The notes beneath the pieces are model-generated. The model saw only the letters and a program-made list of their open reading frames with translations. It was not told the origin of the DNA and did no database searches. Of a stretch of DNA of 64,000 nt, positions 36,778-44,735 are shown piece after piece. The number at the start of each line of letters is the position of its first letter. Positions within the stretch are counted from its first letter, which is position 1. The translations under genes were made by a program, and so were the position numbers. The stretch is from an uncultured SAR86 cluster bacterium. Lineage in GTDB: Bacteria; Pseudomonadota; Gammaproteobacteria; Magnimaribacterales; AG-339-G14. The DNA is taken from assembly GCA_902625415.1 (NCBI GenBank), contig CACOBG010000007.1, forward strand, positions 6,757 through 70,756. Direction: 5' to 3'.

Positions 36778-38059
36778 ATTTAAAAAGGCGGGGCGACTCG
36801 CCTTTTTAATTGGATTAATTTTTTTGCTGAACTCCTGCGGAGGAGGTGGTGGAGGTAGTAGTCCCGTAGAAGTAACTGAAACCACGCAAGCTGGTTTCTC
36901 CTACTCATCTTTTAGTGCTTGGATATCAGCTTTTAATAAGTTTGAAAGCGACTGTGAGTCGGAAAATGCAAATTGTACAGAACAACAGGCAAGGTCATTA
37001 CTGGAAAGTGCAATTTCGTCATTATCAATTGAAACTGAAGCGATACATGTTTATTACACTTCACCAGGAGTAGGAGGGATAGGTTTCAATCCTGGCGAAT
37101 CTTCCTATAGATATTTCATACAAGGAAATAGCTTATTTGAAACTTGGAAATTTGATTCAGCAACATTCGGATCTGTTGCATATCCTGGTTTTGAAGTAAC
37201 TTCAGATTTTTTTAGCTACCCAACATTTTCATACAATTTTCCGGGCTCGCTTAGTGGCTTATTATCTTTAGAACATGAAAGAATAGGCGTGACAGATAGT
37301 TCTCTTAATGAAAAAGTCTTCAAAGGAATACATATAAGACCTCTAGAGAATTCAGGAATATTCTGGACTGGGACTCAGTATAACTGGGCTGAAATTGCAG
37401 AATTTGATTATGGGAATACTTGTGATTATTCAGGAGACCCTCGTTATTGTTTGAGAATTTCACTAGATAATAAAGTAGATATTTCTGTCACAGGAACAAT
37501 CTTTGGGTTTAAAACTTTTAGTGGTGATATGCCTGCCTCAGGATCTTTTAGCTATAGATCTTATGCTGTTTCTAAAGGAGTTTATGAGAAAGGAGACCTA
37601 GACTTTCTCTATTCGGGAAACTCTATAGATGCTTATAATACTTCTAGTTGCAATGTCACAAATCCCTCTCACAAATCTTGTGCTTGGAAAACTTCAGTTG
37701 CCGTCTCGGCTGAACAATTTATTTCAGTAAACTTTTCAGAGAATACATTGACAGGCTCAATTGGTATGCAAAATTTTTATTATGAGTCTTCATCAGGAAC
37801 CATGACACTTTTAGATAACGCTAGCTACGCTCCACATAAATCCACACTCGATAACCTCTCTATATCTGCAACTATCACTGGCAATAGTTTTTCTGGCACT
37901 GTATCTAACTCTCATTTCAGCGGATCAATATATGGAAATTTTTATGGACCTAGTGCCAGCGAAATTGGAGGAGTGATTGTCTTAAATACTCTTCCTAATA
38001 CTTCTTACTATCTATCAGATGCAGCTTTTTCAGTGATAGTTATATCTGGAAAAAAATAA
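36755..38059 (+). CDS. Surface lipoprotein with C-terminal TbpB-like beta-barrel
   Basis: Lipobox LNSC then GGGGGGSS linker; GNFYGPSASEIGGV barrel motif; Ser/aromatic-rich. Confidence 0.7.
   Translation: MELYTLSKFKKAGRLAFLIGLIFLLNSCGGGGGGSSPVEVTETTQAGFSYSSFSAWISAFNKFESDCESENANCTEQQARSLLESAISSLSIETEAIHVYYTSPGVGGIGFNPGESSYRYFIQGNSLFETWKFDSATFGSVAYPGFEVTSDFFSYPTFSYNFPGSLSGLLSLEHERIGVTDSSLNEKVFKGIHIRPLENSGIFWTGTQYNWAEIAEFDYGNTCDYSGDPRYCLRISLDNKVDISVTGTIFGFKTFSGDMPASGSFSYRSYAVSKGVYEKGDLDFLYSGNSIDAYNTSSCNVTNPSHKSCAWKTSVAVSAEQFISVNFSENTLTGSIGMQNFYYESSSGTMTLLDNASYAPHKSTLDNLSISATITGNSFSGTVSNSHFSGSIYGNFYGPSASEIGGVIVLNTLPNTSYYLSDAAFSVIVISGKK
36781..36808 (+). terminator. Intrinsic terminator after the 35334/36037 pair, inside the 5' end of the lipoprotein ORF
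   Basis: TAAAAAGGCG-GGGCGACT-CGCCTTTTTA. Confidence 0.7.
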
Positions 38060-38062
38060 CAC

Positions 38063-39112
38063 TTAATTAATTTTTAGGTATTTTTTAATTGCTTTAATTT
38101 CATCTTCGTCATATGGAGAACCATCAATTCTATAAATATCGTGAAACCATTCTTTAGGCTCTGGCAACACATCTCCCTCATTTACGAATTCACCTTTCTT
38201 CTTTTTGTCTTGGAGCTCTAAAATTGTTGACCAACCAAAATGAGTCTGACTTTTACCCGCGACAAATCCCCAGTTGTAACAACCTACATTTTCTTTTTTA
38301 AAGATGGGCAGCGAAAATTCAAAAGTGGTACCAAATTCTCTTGCCATATACTCGGTACACAACAAAGGTCTTCCAAATTCTTTGAGTCTTTCAATAGTAG
38401 GCTCAAGTTTTTCTGCTTCATAAGTATGAAAAGTTATTACATCTGAATTTTCACCATTGAGCTTTAAGATTTCATCTCCAATTGCACCATCCAAACATGA
38501 AGTTAGAGGTTGAGAAGGTCTAACTTCGAAAGCCCATTCCCAAGTATATTGAAGTAATTTTAGAGCTTTATCACCAATTCCAAATTGACCAGGTTCGTTA
38601 TAAATATCCCACATCAAAATTCTTTCATCGCTTGAGTAGTCTTTGAGGACGCCTTGGACAAATTCTTTTAATCTGCTTAATTCATTTGCATCAATTCTTT
38701 TCTCATCAACTTGATTGACTAATTCCATACCAGGACTTTGCTTCCAACCAGAGTTGTGAACTCCTTTAACTGGCAAGGGTTGTTTGCCTAATTTTGGATA
38801 GGGCCGGTGACAATCGTCAAAAAGAACAATAATTGGTCTGATATTTCTTTTTTCACAAATATCTAAAAATCTATCAAAAGTTTTTTTGAACTTATCTTTC
38901 TCTGACCAAAGCAAATCATGCAAGTAAACCCTTAAAGAATTGAAGCCAAGATCTTTTGCCCAATCTAACTCTCTTTCAATTGTTTTTTCATCAAAAGTAT
39001 CTTCTTGAAACATTTCCAGTTGATTTATTGCTGAACTTGGCAAAAAGTTGCAACCAACAAGCCATGGTTGTTCTTTGTACCAACTATTTGCTTTTTCTTT
39101 TGACCACTTCAT
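38063..39112 (-). CDS. Clan GH-A (GH5-like) glycoside hydrolase
   Basis: WDIYNEP acid/base, CTEYMAR nucleophile; no signal peptide. Confidence 0.82.
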   Translation of the reverse strand: MKWSKEKANSWYKEQPWLVGCNFLPSSAINQLEMFQEDTFDEKTIERELDWAKDLGFNSLRVYLHDLLWSEKDKFKKTFDRFLDICEKRNIRPIIVLFDDCHRPYPKLGKQPLPVKGVHNSGWKQSPGMELVNQVDEKRIDANELSRLKEFVQGVLKDYSSDERILMWDIYNEPGQFGIGDKALKLLQYTWEWAFEVRPSQPLTSCLDGAIGDEILKLNGENSDVITFHTYEAEKLEPTIERLKEFGRPLLCTEYMAREFGTTFEFSLPIFKKENVGCYNWGFVAGKSQTHFGWSTILELQDKKKKGEFVNEGDVLPEPKEWFHDIYRIDGSPYDEDEIKAIKKYLKIN

Positions 39113-39122
39113 GTTTTAAAGT

Positions 39123-39539
39123 TTAATAAATCAGAATAACAATTGAAAACATATAACAACCACAAACTCCTGAGGTGAGATTTTTTCTTAGTTTTAAATA
39201 ATCAGGATTAGTAAATTGAGGATTGACCTTGGACTCTAAGAGATAGAAAAGAAAAAATAAGAAAAACAACAAAGTCATCGCATAAATAAGATTTATCCAA
39301 GCCAATAGAATTGCTCCAAATCCCAAAAGAGAAAAAACAATGGCTAGAACAAGATTTTTCCTATTTGTTGCATCAATACCCCAAATAATTCCTGATAAAA
39401 AAGAGATTATTATGCCTCCATATACAACTAATAATTGAAAAGAAATCTCTTCGTAAGTTTCTCCAAAAATCCAAGGCAGGATTGTGAGAGCTGCAAAGGG
39501 TAGAAAGCCTAAATAACCAAGGGTAATTTTAGTTTGCAT
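39123..39539 (-). CDS. DUF3429-like membrane protein
   Basis: LGYLGFLPF, YGGIIISFLSGIIWG, LR..LT. Confidence 0.8.
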   Translation of the reverse strand: MQTKITLGYLGFLPFAALTILPWIFGETYEEISFQLLVVYGGIIISFLSGIIWGIDATNRKNLVLAIVFSLLGFGAILLAWINLIYAMTLLFFLFFLFYLLESKVNPQFTNPDYLKLRKNLTSGVCGCYMFSIVILIY

Positions 39540-39764
39540 TTATCCATGAGCCATTTTGAGAAGAGTCATGAAAAGTATACCTGTTCCAATAACACCACTG
39601 ATCAGTATTATTAGGTCAACAACAAACACCTGAAAAAGCTTCAGCCAAGATCTTTCTTTGCCTTCTTTGATATCTTGCAAAAGATACATAAAAGCACTTA
39701 TCTTAAAAAGCACAAAAGCAGTTAAGAAAGTTATGCCGCCAAGAATAAAAATCCCAGAGTTCAT
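39540..39764 (-). CDS. Two-TM hypothetical protein (74 aa)
   Basis: Two hydrophobic helices; in line with neighbouring genes. Confidence 0.6.
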   Translation of the reverse strand: MNSGIFILGGITFLTAFVLFKISAFMYLLQDIKEGKERSWLKLFQVFVVDLIILISGVIGTGILFMTLLKMAHG

Positions 39765-39780
39765 CTTAGATTAGTTACAT

Positions 39781-40992
39781 TTAAAGTTTGTAACCTGACT
39801 GGCCGTGTTCAGCCACATCCAGACCTTCTTCCTGAGAATCATCTGATACTCTCAATCCAAATATAGATCTTGTAATAAGTAATAAAATAATTGAGCCAAC
39901 CAAAGTAAATAGTCCAACACTAACCGCACCAATAACTTGTGTAGTCATTAAATCACTAAAACTAGAACCTTCGTCGTATCCAATTCCACCATAACTTTCT
40001 GCAGTCAAAAACGGAATAAGCAAAATTCCCAACAGTCCACCAATACCATGAACAGCAAAAACATCTAAAGAATCATCAATATTAAAAGTTTCCTTAACGA
40101 TATTGACCATGTAGTAGCAAACTCCACCGGCAATCAAACCAATGATCAAGCCACCCATTGGGCCAACTGAGCCACTTGCTGGAGTAATGGAAGCTAGACC
40201 TGCTATACAACCTGTAACAGCTCCAACCAAAGAAGATTTACCAAACTTAACTTTTTCAATGATGATCCAGACAATAGTCGCTGTAGCTGCTGATATGTGA
40301 GTCACCAAAATTGCCATTCCAGCATCACTATTTGCAGCCAATGCGCTACCGCCATTGAAGCCGAACCAACCAACCCATAACATACATGCTCCCATCATGG
40401 TTAAACCTGGGTTATGCGGAGGTTGTACAGAATTTGGGAAGCCATCTCTTGGGCCTAGAAAGTAGGCTATAACTAGAGCGGTTATACCTGCAGTAAGGTG
40501 TACCACAAGTCCACCGGCAAAATCTCTTACTCCCATTTCATAAAGCCAACCACCTTCTGCCCAAATCCAGTGAACCACGGGAGCATAAATTAAAATTACC
40601 CATAGTAAAGAAAAGGCGGCCACAAAACTGAATTTTATTCTTTCTGGGTATGCTCCAACAATCAAAGCAGGAGTTATGATGGCAAAGGTCATTTGGAACA
40701 TAAAGAAAACACTTTCCGGAATGTCTCCAGACATGCTATCCCTCGATAAATTTGCTAGAAACAGATTTTCTAAATCTCCAACATAAGCTCCAGTTCCACT
40801 AAAAGCAATACTGTAGGCAATTACCAGCCAAGCGATTGAACTGATGCACGCAATGGTGAAACAATGCATCAAAACTGAAAGAATGTTACTAGCCCTTACA
40901 AGACCTGCATAAAATAATGCTAAGCCAGGCAAGGTCATAAATAAAACTAGGGCAGTGGATGTAATTATCCAAGCTGTATTTCCAGTATCCAT
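39781..40992 (-). CDS. amtB: Ammonium transporter (Amt)
   Basis: DTGNTAW, FQMTFAIIT, DFAGGLVVH, WVGWFGFNGGS, DVFAVHG; ATG 40992 with SD AAGGGGA. Confidence 0.95.
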   Translation of the reverse strand: MDTGNTAWIITSTALVLFMTLPGLALFYAGLVRASNILSVLMHCFTIACISSIAWLVIAYSIAFSGTGAYVGDLENLFLANLSRDSMSGDIPESVFFMFQMTFAIITPALIVGAYPERIKFSFVAAFSLLWVILIYAPVVHWIWAEGGWLYEMGVRDFAGGLVVHLTAGITALVIAYFLGPRDGFPNSVQPPHNPGLTMMGACMLWVGWFGFNGGSALAANSDAGMAILVTHISAATATIVWIIIEKVKFGKSSLVGAVTGCIAGLASITPASGSVGPMGGLIIGLIAGGVCYYMVNIVKETFNIDDSLDVFAVHGIGGLLGILLIPFLTAESYGGIGYDEGSSFSDLMTTQVIGAVSVGLFTLVGSIILLLITRSIFGLRVSDDSQEEGLDVAEHGQSGYKL

Positions 40993-41088
40993 AGTGTATT
41001 CCCCTTTAAGTGTAAGATAAAACTTTAACAAAAAGTTTTTTGGTAAATGAGTCTAAATTAGTGCAATAAATGCACTATCAAAGGGCAG

Positions 41089-41604
41089 TTAAGAACTTTC
41101 AGGATATTTTGAAAGAATTTGAGAAATTATTTCGTTAGCCATATCTTGATCATCAAGAGAATTGGTATTTATTCTCATATTTGCATACCAAACAACTTTA
41201 TCTAATTCTTCATCAAAAAATTTTACTGATAAGTAGTTTAAAGGAGGAAAGTCATTGGTATAAAACTTGTGAGAAAAAGGATCATTTCTGTAACCATAAA
41301 AAAAATGCGAAGAATTTACTTGTCTATATCTCTCTTTCTCTTTTACTGAAAAGCTTATTTTTAAGGACGACTTGTTATTTTGGTTTAATCCAAGTTGAGT
41401 AAGAGATGAAGATAAGGCTTTAGCAATTCTATTTATCCTTATCGGGTTTTCTTCCTCATCGGATTCAACTCTGAAAGGGTCAGGTTTGAAAATTTTAAAA
41501 TCTTTATATTTGGCAGCAGAGAAAGCTTCATCTGAATCGACTTTGACAACAAAGCCAGAAGCACAAGATGTGAGCAAAACTAAAATTATTAACCTAGCTA
41601 TCAC
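41089..41604 (-). CDS. DUF4136-like lipoprotein
   Basis: Lipobox LTSC; VVWYA and C-terminal ..ILSKYP pattern. Confidence 0.6.
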   Translation of the reverse strand: MIARLIILVLLTSCASGFVVKVDSDEAFSAAKYKDFKIFKPDPFRVESDEEENPIRINRIAKALSSSLTQLGLNQNNKSSLKISFSVKEKERYRQVNSSHFFYGYRNDPFSHKFYTNDFPPLNYLSVKFFDEELDKVVWYANMRINTNSLDDQDMANEIISQILSKYPESS

Positions 41605-41659
41605 TCCAATATTATAACTTTGTTATAGTAATCAGAGTAAATTTTTTAAGGAGAGAAAA

Positions 41660-42397
41660 ATGAAAAAAATGTTAATAGTTCTGATGTTACTAGCTCCCTC
41701 ATTGAGTTTTGCATCACCTACTTGGGTTGAATACCTTATAAAAGTGGATAGTCCCGAAAGTGCAGCAAAAATTGTAGCTGCTACAGATAAATTTATGTCT
41801 TCTGAATTTGTTAAGAACAATTTTAAAGGATCTTTGCACTTAAATGCTTATATCGCTGGCGGCAAGGTAGAGGAAACTCATTCTTTTGCAATTCTTCAGC
41901 CAAGCTTAGCTGAACATGAGATTTGGCTAGCCAAAGTTAGTGATCCAAATAATGAAGAAGTGAGAAAATTTGGTTCCGTGCTTAATGCAAACTCTGAAGG
42001 AGTTGGCTCAAGAATCAATGTATTCATTCAAACATATGGAACACCTTCAAACAAAGATACTGTTTGGGCAATTTATCCATTTAGAACGAAGGCTTCAAAT
42101 GTTGAAGATATAGTAGATGCTACTGAAGATTTAGATGAAGCAATTAAAGATTCATTTCCAGGACAGTTTGGTCTTTCAGAAAGAATGGCTGGCGGGGGCA
42201 TGCAAACCCATTTGTACACGGTAGGTTATGAATCCCTAGCTGAAATGGAGCAATGGGAAGATTCCGCTTCTAGAGATACAGGCCTTTCTCCATTTGATAA
42301 AGAAATGGATAAGTTAGTAGAGTGGCATGAAAGAGAAATAGTGAGAAACATAAGGGTTTATGATTCTGCAATGACTCTTCAAGATTTCGTTGAATAA
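41660..42397 (+). CDS. Secreted hypothetical protein with an internal two-domain repeat (NIPSNAP/DABB-like)
   Basis: Signal peptide SFA; THSFAILQPSLAE and THLYTVGYESLAE half-repeats; SD AAGGAG. Confidence 0.8.
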   Translation: MKKMLIVLMLLAPSLSFASPTWVEYLIKVDSPESAAKIVAATDKFMSSEFVKNNFKGSLHLNAYIAGGKVEETHSFAILQPSLAEHEIWLAKVSDPNNEEVRKFGSVLNANSEGVGSRINVFIQTYGTPSNKDTVWAIYPFRTKASNVEDIVDATEDLDEAIKDSFPGQFGLSERMAGGGMQTHLYTVGYESLAEMEQWEDSASRDTGLSPFDKEMDKLVEWHEREIVRNIRVYDSAMTLQDFVE

Positions 42398-42398
42398 A

Positions 42399-43199
42399 AT
42401 GAAAATTTTTACAGCCGCTTTGTCCACCCTTGTTTTAGTTGTAGCTTGTAGCTCAGCAGAAGATGAAATGGAAGTTTCGTTTTCAAACCTTGGTTCGGAT
42501 GATTATCCGCAAATGTTTTATATGGAGTATGTTCCATGTCAGGAAGGCGTTTATTACACCGCAGAAAATTTCAGAAATGAAGTTCTTCCTGAGTGGCAAG
42601 ATTTATTGGTGGAGGTTAATTCGCCATTGGTATCCTCATATGGTATTCAACATGTTCAAAGGCTATCTTCTGATAATGAAGACGGCTTTTGGCAGTTGAT
42701 ATGGAATACCAAAGCCGATGCTGAGGCTGCATGGAAAGTTTGGAACTCAAATGAAAATGTTGCTAGATGGACAGAGGATACAGCTGAGATTCTTTCTTGT
42801 GACGGTGAAAACAAATTTTCGTTTGATGCTTATATAGCAAGAGCAAATGATACTTTTGGGGAATTTGACACTACCAGCTTTACCTCTGAATATTTTCAGT
42901 GCTTGTACAAGGAAGGTAAAGAGGGAGCAGATCTTCGTGAAGTTATAGGAGAACTTGAAACGTTTCTAGAGGATGCTAATTCTCTTCCAGGACCTTTTAG
43001 TTATGTAATTTTGGGTCCCGATTATGAAACGAGCGAAGTTGACTTTTTCTGGGGAAATTTTTATCAATCGGAAGAAGCAAGGCAATCCTTTGATGCCGAG
43101 TGGCAAAAACTTGATCCTGATGTTGAGGAAAGTTGGAATATGGTTTCAGATTGTGAAGAGCCTAGATATTACAACTCAGGAATAGTCCCAACGAGCTAA
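42399..43199 (+). CDS. Lipoprotein with two Cys-paired repeated domains
   Basis: Lipobox VVAC; halves YVPC...FWQLIW...SCD and YFQC...FWGNFY...DCE; ATG 42399 preferred. Confidence 0.78.
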   Translation: MKIFTAALSTLVLVVACSSAEDEMEVSFSNLGSDDYPQMFYMEYVPCQEGVYYTAENFRNEVLPEWQDLLVEVNSPLVSSYGIQHVQRLSSDNEDGFWQLIWNTKADAEAAWKVWNSNENVARWTEDTAEILSCDGENKFSFDAYIARANDTFGEFDTTSFTSEYFQCLYKEGKEGADLREVIGELETFLEDANSLPGPFSYVILGPDYETSEVDFFWGNFYQSEEARQSFDAEWQKLDPDVEESWNMVSDCEEPRYYNSGIVPTS

Positions 43200-43202
43200 A
43201 TA

Positions 43203-44099
43203 TTATTTAGTTTTAAATAAAGCTAAGCAACCGAAAATGCCTGGTTCGTCCTCCGTTAGGAGGTCGACCTGGGTTCTTTTTATTAATTCAGTATATTTTG
43301 GATTGATTTCTGTAGAAAAATATTTGAGTATTTTTTCTGTCATTAAAATTGGTTTTAGGGCATTTAAAATAGATCCTCCTAAAATTACTTTTTCACATGA
43401 AAAAGATAAAACCAAATCGTTGATGATTGAAACAAGTGTTTTGAGAAAATTCTCTATTATAAAGAGCTCATCTTTACTTCCACTTAAAGCAGAAGATATT
43501 ATCTTTTCAGAAGAAAGTTTTCTCTCGAATTTTTCTTCATAAAGTTTCTCAATGCCTGGGCCACTTAAGATATTTTCAAGAGAAAAAAATTTTTCGTTAT
43601 CTCTCAAGTTGAAATTTTCTAAGATGCCTCTAGTTGGACTCAAAGTATTTCCAAATTCTGTGGGAATAATTTGACTGTTAATAATTAGTGTCACTCCCAG
43701 ACCAGTTCCTGGCCCTATTAATATGGTATTCTCGTTTGAGGGAATTCCATTTCTAATGGGCAAAAAACTTTCTTGATTAATTTCACTCAAAGACTGAGCT
43801 ACTGCCTCCCAATCGTTTAAAAGCAAGCACTCTTTTAGGTTCAGTTTAGTCTTCAGTTCACTCGCATTAATTAACAAATCTCTATTCGTGAGACTTATAG
43901 AACTCTGATTATTAGGACCAGCTGCAGCAATAACGAGACAATCAATTTCGTTCTTTTCTTCTTCTAATAATTTTGCAAGAAAAGAAATAAAATCTTTATC
44001 GGTAATTTTTTCTTTTGATATTTCGGATAAGGTATTTTCTATGAAAAATGCATATCTGATATTTGTTCCACCGAGATCAATTAAAAGGGCGTTTCTCAT
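43203..44099 (-). CDS. glk: Glucokinase (Glk family)
   Basis: DLGGTNIR, AAGP, LLNDWEA, GPGTGLG, TEFG, SGPG. Confidence 0.85.
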   Translation of the reverse strand: MRNALLIDLGGTNIRYAFFIENTLSEISKEKITDKDFISFLAKLLEEEKNEIDCLVIAAAGPNNQSSISLTNRDLLINASELKTKLNLKECLLLNDWEAVAQSLSEINQESFLPIRNGIPSNENTILIGPGTGLGVTLIINSQIIPTEFGNTLSPTRGILENFNLRDNEKFFSLENILSGPGIEKLYEEKFERKLSSEKIISSALSGSKDELFIIENFLKTLVSIINDLVLSFSCEKVILGGSILNALKPILMTEKILKYFSTEINPKYTELIKRTQVDLLTEDEPGIFGCLALFKTK

Positions 44100-44212
44100 T
44101 TTTTATCTTTGTAATACCTTCGGAATATATGACTACCGACGGCTACAAAGATAAACCACACAAATGAGAACGTAAAGAAGAATACGTTTGCTAAAAAAGT
44201 AGGGTTTTCCAT
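44096..44212 (-). CDS. 38-aa single-TM microprotein (not in ORF track)
   Basis: MENPTFLANVFFFTFSFVWFIFVAVGSHIFRRYYKDKK; stop overlaps the glk start (ATGA). Confidence 0.65.
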   Translation of the reverse strand: MENPTFLANVFFFTFSFVWFIFVAVGSHIFRRYYKDKK

Positions 44213-44293
44213 AGAAAGGAATTATTAAGTCAAAATAATTTAAGGTTTAAAAGAGGGTAGTGATTTAAATTCTATTAATATTACAATGTAATT

Positions 44294-44731
44294 ATGAAAT
44301 TTTACCCACCACATTATTTATTGTTTCTCTCATTATGCATGCTACTCACTTGGTACTTTGGAGAATCTTCACCACAAAACCTGCTTCTAATAATCTTTGG
44401 GCTTGGTTTAATTGGATTTGGTTTTTTATTGGCTTTCAATTCAATTGCAAAATTTATAAGAGCGAAGACTGGCGTTGTACCTTTTAGCGAGTCTACTACC
44501 TTGATTACAGAGGGTTTTTATAAATACACAAGAAACCCAATGTATGTTGGTATGAATTCTTTTTTATTAGGATTATTGATCATCCTAAATAATCCAATTA
44601 ATTTTATCTTTTTAATTATTTTCTTTTTTATCGTAAGAAATTTGTTTGTCATTAAAGAGGAGGTGCAGATGGAAGAGACTTTCGGAGAAGATTATTTAAC
44701 TTATAAAGGAAAGGTAAGACGCTGGTTGTAA
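44294..44731 (+). CDS. Isoprenylcysteine carboxylmethyltransferase/PEMT-family membrane methyltransferase
   Basis: YTRNPMYVG, EE...FGEDY..Y...VRRWL. Confidence 0.85.
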   Translation: MKFYPPHYLLFLSLCMLLTWYFGESSPQNLLLIIFGLGLIGFGFLLAFNSIAKFIRAKTGVVPFSESTTLITEGFYKYTRNPMYVGMNSFLLGLLIILNNPINFIFLIIFFFIVRNLFVIKEEVQMEETFGEDYLTYKGKVRRWL

Positions 44732-44735
44732 AAAT

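Noticed and set aside
41611-41629. TATAAC-TTT-GTTATA dyad between divergent genes, superficially Zur-like
   Set aside because: Half-sites are in the opposite order to a Zur box; it is explained by two overlapping divergent -10 hexamers.
44294-44731. Possible MddA (methanethiol methyltransferase)
   Set aside because: At 145 aa it is much shorter than MddA and shows only generic ICMT/PEMT motifs.
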